A DNA stretch of 64,000 bases, taken from NCBI GenBank assembly GCA_963666975.2, contig CAXVYR010000003.1, forward strand, positions 576,001 through 640,000, read 5' to 3'. Positions 30,209-40,788 of this stretch are shown piece by piece. Source of the stretch: Terriglobia bacterium. Lineage in GTDB: Bacteria > Acidobacteriota > Terriglobia > 2-12-FULL-54-10. The notes beneath the pieces are model-generated. The model was given only the letters and a program-made list of their open reading frames with translations, was not told the origin of the DNA and ran no database searches. Both the position numbers and the translations under genes were made by a program. Numbering within the stretch: position 1 is the first letter of the stretch; each line of letters begins with the position of its first letter.

Positions 30209-31345
30209 TTAACTCCGCTGTTCCTTCCCGGCGGGATTGGGAGTGAGTCGCTGTTCGACAGCGTCGGCAAACTCCCTGATCTCGCGCCGCAGAACATCCC
30301 AATCCGGCCAATCCGGGGGAGTGGCAGTCGCCGGCGGCTCGGCGCTCAGCAAATTTCTTTTAGCCGCCAGGACTTTTTCCGAGGCCAGCCCCACCAGGGT
30401 ACGGAAGTTTTCGTCGCGGCTGGTTTCCTGGCAAAGCGCGTCAAATGCTTTCCGGACGTTGCTCGCGTAGCGGCAGACCAGGATTATGTCACAACCGGCT
30501 CGTACTGCCTCGACGGCTGCCGCTTCAATCGTTCGATGCCGCAGAATGGCGCCCATCTCCAAATCATCGGACAAGACCAGCCCCTGATACCCGATTCGTT
30601 CCTTCAGCAACACGGTGATGATTTGATGGGAGAGGCTCGCAGGAAGCAGGCGGTCTGCCTGTGCGGCGGTATCCGGCAGGCCCTCCAGTTCTGGGTAGGA
30701 AGCGTGCGATACCATGATCATAGGAAGCTGGTCGGCGAGAGCACGAAACGGAAGCAAGTCTTGCTGCCACAGCTCGGTCGCGGGCTTGCGGATGCACGGC
30801 AACTCCATGTGCGAATCCAGCCGTCCGCTTCCCAGTCCGGGAAAATGTTTGCCGCAGCCCAAAACTCCCGACTCGCCAAGCCCGGCGAGAAATTCCTGCG
30901 CGAAGCGGATTACTTCCTCCGGAGAGTTCCCTGCCGTGCGGCTTCTCAGCACTTCCTCGGATTCTGCGCACCTGCGATCGAGCACGGGCGCGAAGTCAAC
31001 GTTCAGGGAGAATGCCGCCAGTTCCCTGCCCGCCAATTTGCCCATGGCGGCTGCCATGCCGGCCTGCGCAACGTCGCGAACCGAGGGCAATGGAGCCAGG
31101 GTGTCTCGCAAGCGGTCCACCTGGCCGCCTTCCATATCGATGGCGAGAAAAGGCGGCGTCTTCATGTGCCGGTGAATCTGCCCGGCCAAACCATGAAAGT
31201 CCGGAGCGGTCTTGATATTGCGGGAGAAAAAAACTATCCCGCCGGGGCTGATACGGCGCAGCAGATCTTCTAGGCCGCGATTCCAGCAGTCGCCTTCAAA
31301 ACCGATGGTGAAAAGCTGTCCCACTTGTTCGGAAAAAGTCAGCAT
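30209..31345 (-). CDS. nagZ: beta-N-acetylhexosaminidase (GH3)
   Basis: AIDMEGGQVDR, KHFPGLG...DSH, SDDLEMGA. Confidence 0.9.
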   Translation of the reverse strand: MLTFSEQVGQLFTIGFEGDCWNRGLEDLLRRISPGGIVFFSRNIKTAPDFHGLAGQIHRHMKTPPFLAIDMEGGQVDRLRDTLAPLPSVRDVAQAGMAAAMGKLAGRELAAFSLNVDFAPVLDRRCAESEEVLRSRTAGNSPEEVIRFAQEFLAGLGESGVLGCGKHFPGLGSGRLDSHMELPCIRKPATELWQQDLLPFRALADQLPMIMVSHASYPELEGLPDTAAQADRLLPASLSHQIITVLLKERIGYQGLVLSDDLEMGAILRHRTIEAAAVEAVRAGCDIILVCRYASNVRKAFDALCQETSRDENFRTLVGLASEKVLAAKRNLLSAEPPATATPPDWPDWDVLRREIREFADAVEQRLTPNPAGKEQRS

Positions 31346-31555
31346 GAGCAGAACCAGAAAATGCGCGCGACCATGAATTCACCAGGAATCCACCATTACT
31401 ACATTCGGGATTATATCCGAGGGGCGGCGAATTCCCACGAAGGAACACGATTGTGCGCTCGGCGGAACCGGACGCAAATTATCCTAACACCGTCTCCAAG
31501 GGGTCTCTTATAATCGTTTCTTAACAGACTAAGCAAAGAACGGCGTGCATTCAAC

Positions 31556-33394
31556 ATGATCTCGATCGCGAAACGACTCCAGCCACTCTACCCCTACCTG
31601 TGGCGCTACCGGCGCCGATATCTGTTAGGCTTCGCCGCATTGCTCTGCGACGTTGCCTTCTGGCTGGCCATCCCCATGATCATCAAGTATGCGATTGATG
31701 ACCTCCAGCAGGGCATTACGGCTGACAAGCTGCTTCTGTACGTCCGCTGGTTGGTGGGCGTTGCGCTGGGCAAGGCCTTCTTTCTTTTTTGGAAGCGGAT
31801 CATCCTGGTCGGCATCTCGCGGGAGGCGGAGTACGATCTGCGCAACGACCTATACCGCCATCTGAACCGGCTTTCGCTCAGCTACTTTCAACGAAACCGC
31901 ACGGGCGACCTGATGTCCCGCGCTACAAATGACATGAATGCCGTGCGGATGTTGATGGGACCCGGCATCATGTACTCGCTGAACACCTTCGTCACTCTAG
32001 TAGCGGCGCTGGGGATCATGATCAGCATCAGCCCCAAGCTGACTTTCTATTGTTTTCTATTGATGCCTGTGGTCGTGGGGGTGGTGGTGTTTTTCGGACG
32101 CCGGATCCATGAGCGCTTTGAAACCATTCAGGCCATGCTCTCCAACTTGAGCGCGAAAGTGCAGGAAAGCTTGGCCGGCATTCGTGTCGTTCGCGCCTAT
32201 GCGCAGGAGGAGGCGGAGATCGCGCGCTTCCAGGAAGCTAATGAAGAGTATGTCGCACGGAATATGAAACTCGTCCGCCTCTGGGGCGTGTTCTATCCGA
32301 CGCTCGAAGTTTTGCTGGGGCTCACCTACGTGATGGTTCTCTGGCTGGGAGGCCGCGAGGTGGTGAACGGCAATATTACAATCGGTTCCTTTGTCGCTTT
32401 CAACGCTTACATGGGGCAGCTTACGTGGCCCATGATCGCCATGGGTTGGGTCGTAAACCTTTTTCAGCGGGGCACGGCTTCCCTGGGCCGCTTGAATCAG
32501 ATTTTATCGGAGGAGCCGGAAATCGCTGATCGTCCGGACCTCCGCCTTGCGCCCTCCGATCTTGCCACCTCGCAAACTGCTGAACCTTTGCCGGTCCGGT
32601 CCGCAACAGGGTCGGACGGTAACGGCGACGGCAAAAAGGAGGAAGTGCGCGGCGTGGACATTGAGTTCCGCAATCTTTCCTTCTCCTACAACGGCCGGCA
32701 AGTGCTTCACAAAATTGACTTGACGATCCCTGCGGGCAGCACGCTGGCCATCGTCGGTCCCACCGGCAGCGGCAAATCCACTTTGGTGCATCTGATTCCC
32801 CGCCTCTACGAAACTCCTCCGGGCAGCGTGTATCTGGACGGAAAAGATATCCGCGACTACCGGCTGGAGGAACTGCGCCGGATGATCGGTTTCGTGCAGC
32901 AGGAAACTTTTCTGTTTAGCGAGACGGTGCGGGAAAACGTCGCCTTTGGGGTGAGCAACGCTACCGACGGCCAGATTCAGCACGCAGCCGAAATCGGCGG
33001 CCTGCTTTCCGATGTGGAAGACTTTCCCAGGAAGTTTGGGACGATCGTGGGCGAGCGCGGCATTATTCTTTCCGGCGGCCAGAAGCAGCGGACAGCCATT
33101 GCCCGGGCTGTGCTGCGTAACCCGAAGATTCTGGTTCTCGACGATGCGCTTTCGAGCGTCGATACCTATACCGAGGAGATCATCCTCAACCGTCTGGCGT
33201 CAGTGATGCGAGGCCGGACCACGGTTCTCATTTCTCATCGCATCTCCACGGTTCGCGGAGCCGATCAGATTGTGGTGCTTCGCGCAGGCTCCATCGTGGA
33301 GCGCGGCACGCATCAGGAGCTTCTTGGAAACGGTTCCTATTACCAGGAGCTTTATCAGCGGCAGTTGCTGGAAGAGGAATTGGAGAGGGATTGA
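31556..33394 (+). CDS. ABC exporter, fused TMD-NBD half 1
   Basis: GPTGSGKS, LSGGQKQR, degenerate Walker B LDDALSSVD. Confidence 0.93.
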   Translation: MISIAKRLQPLYPYLWRYRRRYLLGFAALLCDVAFWLAIPMIIKYAIDDLQQGITADKLLLYVRWLVGVALGKAFFLFWKRIILVGISREAEYDLRNDLYRHLNRLSLSYFQRNRTGDLMSRATNDMNAVRMLMGPGIMYSLNTFVTLVAALGIMISISPKLTFYCFLLMPVVVGVVVFFGRRIHERFETIQAMLSNLSAKVQESLAGIRVVRAYAQEEAEIARFQEANEEYVARNMKLVRLWGVFYPTLEVLLGLTYVMVLWLGGREVVNGNITIGSFVAFNAYMGQLTWPMIAMGWVVNLFQRGTASLGRLNQILSEEPEIADRPDLRLAPSDLATSQTAEPLPVRSATGSDGNGDGKKEEVRGVDIEFRNLSFSYNGRQVLHKIDLTIPAGSTLAIVGPTGSGKSTLVHLIPRLYETPPGSVYLDGKDIRDYRLEELRRMIGFVQQETFLFSETVRENVAFGVSNATDGQIQHAAEIGGLLSDVEDFPRKFGTIVGERGIILSGGQKQRTAIARAVLRNPKILVLDDALSSVDTYTEEIILNRLASVMRGRTTVLISHRISTVRGADQIVVLRAGSIVERGTHQELLGNGSYYQELYQRQLLEEELERD

Positions 33395-33434
33395 TTTCCT
33401 CCGTACACGGCACCCTTTTTGAAGGCAGGTTGGA

Positions 33435-35303
33435 TTGACCAAGCAAGACCATCACGAAGAAGAAGTCCTGGGCAAGGCATACGATAGCAGGCTGATGAGG
33501 CGACTGTTGCGGTACCTGCTTCCCTACCGGGCCATCGTCATGGCGGCTTCGGTGGCGATGATTTTCCATTCCCTGCTCCAGGTGGTGGGTCCCTTTCTGA
33601 CGAAAGTTGCCGTGGACCGCTTCTTGGTGACCACAGAGCGCCAGCCCACGTTTCTGGATTCTTTGCTCAGCGACAACCACCTGACAGGGTTAACCCAGAT
33701 CGCCGGGCTTTACATGCTGACCCTGGTGCTGCTGTTTGCGCTGGAGTATGCCCAGACATACTACATGCACAGGGTCGGCCAGCGCGCCATGTACGACCTG
33801 CGCATGGAGATCTTCCGCCACTTGCAGCGGCTTCACGTTCAATTTTTCGACCGCAATCCCGTCGGGCGACTGCTGACGCGCGCCACCACGGATGTGGACG
33901 TGCTGAATGAAATGTTCACCTCCGGCGTAGTGGCCCTCTTCGGCGATTTCTTGACGCTGGTCTTCATCCTTGCCGTGATGCTGCAGATGAACGCCGGCTT
34001 GGCGCTGGTCACCTTTTCCGTGCTGCCGCTGATTTTCGTGGCCACCTTCCTGTTTCGCCGGGTCGTCCGCGGATGTTACCGTCGCATCCGTGTGGCGCTG
34101 GCCCGGATGAATGCTCACCTCCAGGAGCACCTGACGGGAATGAGCGTGGTGCAACTGTTCAACCGCGAGGCGAAGAGTTTTGCCGAGTTTGAAAAGATCA
34201 ACCGCACCCACAAGCGGGCCTTTCTCGATTCCGTCTTTGCGCACTCGCTGTTTTACCCTGCCGTCGAGGTGCTCAGCTCCACCGCTATCGCGCTGATCAT
34301 CTGGTATGGGGGACAGCGGGTGTTGGGAGAGACGCTGACCCTCGGCATCCTGGTTGCCTTCATCCAATACGCGCAGCGGTTTTTCCGTCCCATCCAGGAC
34401 CTCAGTGAAAAGTACAACATCTTGCAGGGAGCGATGGCCAGCTCGGAGCGCATCTTCAAGCTGCTGGATACTCCGGTCGAAATCGAATCGCCCCGGGAGT
34501 CTTCCCCTCCGAAACTTGCCCCGGAGTCGAGCGGGAGCCTGGAGTTCCGGGATGTCTGGTTCTCCTACACCGGCCAGCAGGAAGGCGAGGAGCCCGATTG
34601 GGTGCTCCAGGATATCAACTTGAAGATCGAGCCGGGCGAAACAATCGCCGTCGTGGGACATACCGGCGCCGGCAAGACCACCTTGTCGAGCCTGCTGCTG
34701 CGTTTCTACGACGTCCAGCGGGGCCAGGTTCTGGTGGACGGGGTGGACGTGCGGGACCAAAACTTGAGCGAGTTGCGACGGCGTTTCGGCGTGGTGCTCC
34801 AGGACCCGTTTTTGTTCTCGGGAACGATTGAGAGCAACATCCGCCTGGGCTCGGAGACGGTAGCCCATGAGGATATGGAGGACGCTATCGAGGAGGTGAA
34901 CCTCGGCGAATTCATTCGGTCGCTTCCGCAGGGCTACCAGGAGGAAGTTCGCGAGCGCGGCAGCACGCTTTCGGTGGGCCAGAAACAACTCATCAGTTTT
35001 GCCCGCGCGCTGGCGCACAATCCACAGATTCTTATCTTGGACGAGGCGACATCGAGCGTGGACACGGATACGGAATTCCGCCTCCGGGAAGCCTTGAACC
35101 GCATGGTCAGCGGGCGAACCTCGCTGATTATTGCCCACAGGCTTTCCACCATTCAGCGGGCCGACCGCATTGTGGTGCTGCACAAGGGAAAAATCCGCGA
35201 GGTCGGGCCGCATCAACAACTGCTCGCACAGCGAGGCATTTACTGGAAGCTTTACCAGTTGCAATACAAGGAGCAGGAAGTTGCTGTTACCGGTGATGAT
35301 TGA
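33435..35303 (+). CDS. ABC exporter, fused TMD-NBD half 2
   Basis: GHTGAGKT, LSVGQKQL, LDEATSSVD; pattern of a heterodimeric MdlA/MdlB-type pair. Confidence 0.93.
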   Translation: MTKQDHHEEEVLGKAYDSRLMRRLLRYLLPYRAIVMAASVAMIFHSLLQVVGPFLTKVAVDRFLVTTERQPTFLDSLLSDNHLTGLTQIAGLYMLTLVLLFALEYAQTYYMHRVGQRAMYDLRMEIFRHLQRLHVQFFDRNPVGRLLTRATTDVDVLNEMFTSGVVALFGDFLTLVFILAVMLQMNAGLALVTFSVLPLIFVATFLFRRVVRGCYRRIRVALARMNAHLQEHLTGMSVVQLFNREAKSFAEFEKINRTHKRAFLDSVFAHSLFYPAVEVLSSTAIALIIWYGGQRVLGETLTLGILVAFIQYAQRFFRPIQDLSEKYNILQGAMASSERIFKLLDTPVEIESPRESSPPKLAPESSGSLEFRDVWFSYTGQQEGEEPDWVLQDINLKIEPGETIAVVGHTGAGKTTLSSLLLRFYDVQRGQVLVDGVDVRDQNLSELRRRFGVVLQDPFLFSGTIESNIRLGSETVAHEDMEDAIEEVNLGEFIRSLPQGYQEEVRERGSTLSVGQKQLISFARALAHNPQILILDEATSSVDTDTEFRLREALNRMVSGRTSLIIAHRLSTIQRADRIVVLHKGKIREVGPHQQLLAQRGIYWKLYQLQYKEQEVAVTGDD

Positions 35304-35333
35304 TAATTCAGACGGTTCAACAGGGGGATATTT

Positions 35334-36071
35334 ATGGCGGTATTGAGATGGGCGGTTGGCGCGACTCTGGTGAGTTTCTTGCTGCTCTGGGGCTTGCTGC
35401 CCTCCGAGATTCGCCAGATGAAGATGGGTAAGCTCAGCGTGGCGCAAGCACAAGAGGATACCACCGAACCCAAGCGTGTCTACACCAACGATGACTGGCC
35501 CTTCAATCGCCGGCGCTCGGCCCCCTCTGCTTCGGAAAGCGAGACGGCAAAGGAAACCGAGAGCCCTTCTTCCGCCCGCGAACGTCGGGGAGAACGACTG
35601 GCGCCCTTTGTCGCCACTCCCATGCAGGTGGTCGAGAAGATGCTGGAAATGGCGCAGGTCACATCCAGCGACGTGGTGTATGACCTGGGCTCGGGCGACG
35701 GACGGATCGTCATCATGGCGGCTGAAAAGTATGGCGCCAAGGCCGTGGGGGTGGAGTTGGACCGCCTCCTGGTGGAGGAGTCGACCGCGAAGATACAGGA
35801 ACGGAACCTGGGTGAATTGGCGAGCATTATTCAGGGCGACCTTTTGCAAACGGATCTAAGGCCTGCGACGGTTGTGGCTGTTTACCTGTTGCCGGGAGCC
35901 AATGAAAAATTGCGCCCGAAGCTCGAAAAAGAACTCCGCCCCGGCACAAGAGTGATTGTGCACGACATCCGCATACCCCGATGGCGGTCCGCGCAGGACG
36001 AAGCCGTCCAGATCGGCGGCGGCTCCCACTTTGTCTACCTCTATAAAATCCCCGAGGCCTTTCAGAGATGA
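35334..36071 (+). CDS. class I SAM-dependent methyltransferase with N-terminal signal/extension
   Basis: APFVATP, VVYDLGSGDGRIV, GVELD motifs. Confidence 0.85.
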   Translation: MAVLRWAVGATLVSFLLLWGLLPSEIRQMKMGKLSVAQAQEDTTEPKRVYTNDDWPFNRRRSAPSASESETAKETESPSSARERRGERLAPFVATPMQVVEKMLEMAQVTSSDVVYDLGSGDGRIVIMAAEKYGAKAVGVELDRLLVEESTAKIQERNLGELASIIQGDLLQTDLRPATVVAVYLLPGANEKLRPKLEKELRPGTRVIVHDIRIPRWRSAQDEAVQIGGGSHFVYLYKIPEAFQR

Positions 36072-36188
36072 TTTCCCGTTAACCCGGCGCGGGCTGACAG
36101 CGCTGGCCAATGATGTAAGTAACCACCAGCGGCACGATGCCGGTTGCTACCCCCAAAAAGACAAGCGCCAGCCGCAGCAGGCTGTGTC

Positions 36189-37247
36189 TCAAACCAAAAC
36201 CGCCGCACTGCCCCGCAGTGACCGAGCACGGCGGGAATAGGTGGAGTTGCGCTCCATGGGAGTAAATCCGGCGAGTTCAATGTTCCGGCGCAACTGCTCT
36301 TCCCGTGCCGACAGGCTGTCGGGTGCGCCCTCAATGACGTTCTCTTCGAGGATTACGCTGCCGGCGTCATTGGCTCCGAAATCGAGCGCCCGGCGGCCCG
36401 TCGCGAGTCCTACGGTCAGCCAGGAGGCTTGCAGATTCTCGAAATTGTCGAGATAAACCCGCGCAAGGGCCTGCATCGCCAGATACTCCTCATCGGGAGG
36501 TTTCTGCTTGGGAAGGATCGAAGGATGCTGCCGGCCGGTCTGGTACGGCCAGACGATCATTGCCACAAATCCTCCCGTCTCATCCTGCAACTGCCGCAGC
36601 CGGTCCAGATGATTCAGGCGATGTTCCAAAGTTTCACCGAACCCGAAAACCATGGTGGCTGTTGTCGGCAGCCCCAGGCGGTGGGCGGTGCGGTGAACCT
36701 CAACCCACTGGTCTGAGTTCAGCTTCAGCGGGCTGATGCGGTTCCTCACCTCGTCGTCCAATATCTCCGCGCCGGCTCCGGGAATGGAGTCGAGGCCGGC
36801 TTCGTGGAGGCGGCCCATCGCCTGTTCGAGCGTCAGCCCGGAGACCTCGGCAAGATTCCAAATCTCCGAAGCGGAAAAACTGTGGCAATCCACACGGAAC
36901 CGCTGCTTTACCTTGCGCAACAGCGCCTCATAGTAATCGATCTTCAAATCCGGATGGTCGCCCCCCTGGATGAGTATGCCGGAGACGCCTTGGGCAATGC
37001 TTTCTTCGATCTTCGCCAAAATCGCTTCGTCGGAGTGCAGATACCCTTCCGGGCTTCCCGGAGGACGATAAAACGAGCAGAAGGAGCAGTAGGCGTTGCA
37101 GACGTTGGTGTAGTTGATGGTGCGCTGGATGGCGAAGCTGACAACCTTTTCCGGATGCTTCCGGTAACGGACCTCGGAAGCGGCTTCGGAGAGCGCTGGG
37201 AGGCCTTGCTGGTAAAGATGCCGTGCCTGTTCCCTGTCAATCCGCAA
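36189..37247 (-). CDS. CofH/MqnC-family radical SAM protein
   Basis: INYTNVCNAYCSFCSF, PGAGAEIL, TTATMVFG, GANDAGSVILEENV. Confidence 0.85.
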   Translation of the reverse strand: MRIDREQARHLYQQGLPALSEAASEVRYRKHPEKVVSFAIQRTINYTNVCNAYCSFCSFYRPPGSPEGYLHSDEAILAKIEESIAQGVSGILIQGGDHPDLKIDYYEALLRKVKQRFRVDCHSFSASEIWNLAEVSGLTLEQAMGRLHEAGLDSIPGAGAEILDDEVRNRISPLKLNSDQWVEVHRTAHRLGLPTTATMVFGFGETLEHRLNHLDRLRQLQDETGGFVAMIVWPYQTGRQHPSILPKQKPPDEEYLAMQALARVYLDNFENLQASWLTVGLATGRRALDFGANDAGSVILEENVIEGAPDSLSAREEQLRRNIELAGFTPMERNSTYSRRARSLRGSAAVLV

Positions 37248-37361
37248 GCTGCTATATCTCCTTCTCGTTTTTGTGGAGGCTGGCCTCGTTAAGGAATGCT
37301 ACAACAGGCAGCGCGGATGCTGCAATGAGGAAAGCCTGAAGTTTACAGCCATCCCGCCAGC

Positions 37362-38099
37362 TTATGGAGAGGCAGAGGCCCTTTCCAAAAGTTTCGCTGC
37401 TAACTCGTCGAACACATCGCATCCCAGCGATTGCTGGCTATCGGTCAGGTGAGGTATCACATCCAGTGGCGTCTGAATCAACAGGCGCAGCGTTTGCTCG
37501 TTGGTTTCCACGGCGGGGTCCCGACCCGGCCTGCAATGATTCAAGATGCACCCTGCCACTACCAGTCCAGCGCTTTCAAGCGACGCAAGCGTGAGCAGCG
37601 TGTGGTTAATCACGCCTAATTTCGATCCCGCCACCACTAACACGGGCAGGTCCAGCATGCGGGCAAGGTCCGCATAGTCGAAATCTGCTGTGATCGGCAC
37701 TCGAATGCCTCCGGCGGTTTCGACCAGAACAATGTCGTGGGAGGCAGCCAATTCAAGGTAGCAGCCCTCAAGCCGCTGCGGGTCAATTGGATTCCCTTCG
37801 CGCTCTGCCGCAACCCAGGGGGCAACCGGGGTCCGGAAGCGGTACGGACAGATCGTATCGAGCGAGGCTTTCGTTCCCGATGTTTGCTGTAGAAGCAGTG
37901 CGTCGGTGGGGAGTAAGTTTTTTGATCCGGGCTCTGATCCGCGCCCCAATTCGCATCCGGTCTCAACGGGCTTAAAAGGAGCCACCCGGAGCCCCTTACG
38001 GCGCAGCGAGGCGGCGATGCCGCAGGCTACAAAGGTCTTCCCTGCCCCGGTGTCAGTCCCGGTGATCAACAATCGATTTTTCTTCCCGCGCAATTCCAT
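37362..38099 (-). CDS. bioD: dethiobiotin synthase
   Basis: ITGTDTGAGKT, KPVETG, VETAGG, LGVINHTLL. Confidence 0.95.
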   Translation of the reverse strand: MELRGKKNRLLITGTDTGAGKTFVACGIAASLRRKGLRVAPFKPVETGCELGRGSEPGSKNLLPTDALLLQQTSGTKASLDTICPYRFRTPVAPWVAAEREGNPIDPQRLEGCYLELAASHDIVLVETAGGIRVPITADFDYADLARMLDLPVLVVAGSKLGVINHTLLTLASLESAGLVVAGCILNHCRPGRDPAVETNEQTLRLLIQTPLDVIPHLTDSQQSLGCDVFDELAAKLLERASASP

Positions 38100-38102
38100 C
38101 CT

Positions 38103-39473
38103 TTACCTTTCGCAGGATTTCATCACTGTCCGGATGGACACGGCGGTCACATGGACCAATCTTTCCAGTTCCTGCGCTGTGGTGGAGAGGGGCGGGTTCA
38201 GAATAATCACGTCGCCGAGCGGCCGGATAATCACACCCAGCTTGCGCGCCTCCAGGATCACCTGCTTTCCGATTTGTTTAGCGGTCGGGAAAGGCCTGCG
38301 GGCAGCAGCGTCCTCTGCCAGGTCTATTCCCACCATGAAGCCCCATTGGCGGACATCGGAAACATGCTCCTGCTCCCGAAGCGGCTGCAACAGGCGGTCC
38401 ATTTGCGCGATCAGGGGAGTCATGCGATCCAGGGTATTTTCTTTCGCAAACAAATCCAGCGAAGCAATGGCAGCGGCGCAGGCCAAAGGATTGCCCGTAT
38501 AGGTGTGGCCGTGAAAGAAGGTCTTCCGCTCCTCGTGCTCTCCCAGAAAGGCCTCGAAGATTCTCTCCGTAGCCAGCGTAGCGGCCAGAGGCATCGTGCC
38601 GCCGGAGATTCCCTTTCCCAAGCACATCAGGTCTGGAGAAATTCTGGCATGTTCGCAGGCAAACATCCGCCCGGTCCTGCCGAACCCAACGGCAACCTCA
38701 TCGGCGATGAATAAGATGTTATTTTCGCGGCACAGCCGGTGAAGTCCCGAAAGATATTCCACCGGATGGGCCCACATCCCGGCGGCGCCCTGCATCAGCG
38801 GCTCGACAAACAAAGCGGCTATCCGTTCCCGGTTTTCCCGCAACGTCCGTTCAGCCTCCTCCAGCGCATGTGCCAGCGCCTGCCCGGGACTCTCCCCCCG
38901 GTAGTATCGGAACGCATGCGGCGGCGCGATGCGCAAGCAGGGAAACAAAAGGCGGCGATAACGGGCGTGGAAGTCCTCCGAGTATCCCACGCTCATCGCC
39001 CCGATCGTATCCCCGTGGTAGGACTCGGAAAGACTGACATAACAGTCTCGCTTGGAATCACCCTGCAATGCCCAGTACTCAAAAGCCATCTTTAAGGCGA
39101 TCTCAGTAGCCGTCGCTCCCGCGTCGGAATAAAAAACCCTGCGCAGGCCGGGCGGAGCTGCATCGATCAACTTCTTGGCGAATACCGTTGCCGGGATATT
39201 AGAAAGCCCCAGCATCGTGGTGTGCGCCACTGCATCCAACTGATTCCGAATCGCCTCCGCAATCTCCGGACGTCCGTGACCATGGACGTTTGCCCACAGC
39301 GAAGAGACGCCGTCAAAGTAACGGTTGCCCTGCTGGTCAAACAGATAATTCCCCTCGGCGCGGACGATGAACAGAGGGTCTTCGGCCATCCACTCGCGCA
39401 TCGGCGTGAAGGGATGCCAAAGGAAAGAATGGTCCCACTGCTTCAGGGAGCTAGGGTCGTGGCCGGAGGTCAT
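38103..39473 (-). CDS. bioA: adenosylmethionine-8-amino-7-oxononanoate aminotransferase
   Basis: LWHPFT, DGVSSLW, YHGDT, DEVAVGFGRTG, HGHTYTGNP. Confidence 0.95.
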   Translation of the reverse strand: MTSGHDPSSLKQWDHSFLWHPFTPMREWMAEDPLFIVRAEGNYLFDQQGNRYFDGVSSLWANVHGHGRPEIAEAIRNQLDAVAHTTMLGLSNIPATVFAKKLIDAAPPGLRRVFYSDAGATATEIALKMAFEYWALQGDSKRDCYVSLSESYHGDTIGAMSVGYSEDFHARYRRLLFPCLRIAPPHAFRYYRGESPGQALAHALEEAERTLRENRERIAALFVEPLMQGAAGMWAHPVEYLSGLHRLCRENNILFIADEVAVGFGRTGRMFACEHARISPDLMCLGKGISGGTMPLAATLATERIFEAFLGEHEERKTFFHGHTYTGNPLACAAAIASLDLFAKENTLDRMTPLIAQMDRLLQPLREQEHVSDVRQWGFMVGIDLAEDAAARRPFPTAKQIGKQVILEARKLGVIIRPLGDVIILNPPLSTTAQELERLVHVTAVSIRTVMKSCER

Positions 39474-40741
39474 GATTTGGAAACCGGCTGTGAAGGAACG
39501 GCTGCCGAGGCCATACTAGCCGAAGCAGCACGCCGTTTTGGAGAAAATAAAGCAGACCGCAATTTGTGGAATCCTGCCAATGCTTTCTGGATGTCATCGT
39601 CGGTATGAAGCGCCGTCGGACAGATACGCAGCCGCGCTGTGCCGCGTGGAACGGTCGGAGGGCGGATTCCTTGTACGAAGACGCCCTCTCGGAGCAACAA
39701 ACGGCATGCCGCCATTGTGCGGTGTTCCTCGCCCAGCCGCAACGGCAGTATCTGGCTCTGCTCCGGGCCCGGATCAAACCCCATATCCAACAAGCCTTGT
39801 CGCAGTTGGCCGACATTGCGCCACAATGCCTCCCGCCGCTGCGGTTCCCTCTCGACAACACGCAGAGCCGCCGCAGAGGCTGCCAGGACCGCAGGCGGCA
39901 GACCCGTCGTGAAAATAAAGCTGCGGGCATGGTTGACTAGATAGAGAATGAGTTCCTTGCTTCCAGTAATGTAGCCGCCCAAACTTCCCAGTGCCTTGCT
40001 GAAAGTTCCCATCTGGATCTCCACCTGTTGCTGCAAGCCCAGCGCCTCGATTCGCCCGGCGCCCGTGGGCCCAAAGGCGCCGGTTGCATGCGCCTCATCG
40101 ACCATCAGCAGTGCTTCGTACTTTTTAGCCAGCCAGACAATATCTTCCAGCGGGGCCAGATCGCCGTCCATCGAAAAGACCGACTCGGTCAGGATCAGCT
40201 TGTGCCGCGCCGCCGGGCGGCTGGCCAGCTTGCGCTCCAGGTCTTCGGCGTTGCAGTGATCGTAAATCAGAACTTCCGCCCGCGACAGACGGCTGCCGTC
40301 GATCAAGCTGGCATGGTTCAACGCGTCGCTGAAAATTGCGTCGCCGGGGCCTGCCAGCGCCGAGACCGTGCCGAGATTGGCCTGATACCCGGAGGAAAAA
40401 ACCAGTGCAGCTTCGCTGCCCTTAAAGCGCGCCAGCTCGCGCTCCAGCTTTCCATAAAGCTCCAGGTTGCCGCTGATCAGCCGCGACCCGGTCGCGCCGC
40501 AGCCGTAGTTTTCCACCGCCTGGAGCGCGGCTTGCTTCAGCCGCCTATCGGCAGCCAGTCCGAGGTAGTTATTGGAACAGAGCAGCAGGACCTGGCGGCC
40601 GTTCCAGTAAACTTTCGGTCCAGGCTCGCCTTTGATCTCGCGCAGTTTTCGAGTCAGTCCCGCTTTCTTGAGGGCAAAGAGCCTTTCGCGGAGAAACGCG
40701 GCGGCATCGGAAGTCAAATCGGTCTCGGGTTTGGAAGCCAT
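39470..40741 (-). CDS. bioF: 8-amino-7-oxononanoate synthase
   Basis: CSNNYLGL, NHASLIDG, DEAHATG, GTFSKA, IRPPTVP. Confidence 0.95.
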   Translation of the reverse strand: MASKPETDLTSDAAAFLRERLFALKKAGLTRKLREIKGEPGPKVYWNGRQVLLLCSNNYLGLAADRRLKQAALQAVENYGCGATGSRLISGNLELYGKLERELARFKGSEAALVFSSGYQANLGTVSALAGPGDAIFSDALNHASLIDGSRLSRAEVLIYDHCNAEDLERKLASRPAARHKLILTESVFSMDGDLAPLEDIVWLAKKYEALLMVDEAHATGAFGPTGAGRIEALGLQQQVEIQMGTFSKALGSLGGYITGSKELILYLVNHARSFIFTTGLPPAVLAASAAALRVVEREPQRREALWRNVGQLRQGLLDMGFDPGPEQSQILPLRLGEEHRTMAACRLLLREGVFVQGIRPPTVPRGTARLRICPTALHTDDDIQKALAGFHKLRSALFSPKRRAASASMASAAVPSQPVSKS

Positions 40742-40788
40742 CGATAATTGTTTGGCAGTTGTTTGGCGATGCCGTCTGGCTATATTGT

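Noticed and set aside
33690-35849. 719-aa minus-strand ORF (similarly 6588-8444, 20357-22087, 27338-28969, 49042-49893)
   Set aside because: Antisense shadows of well-supported genes in GC-rich DNA; no recognisable motifs.
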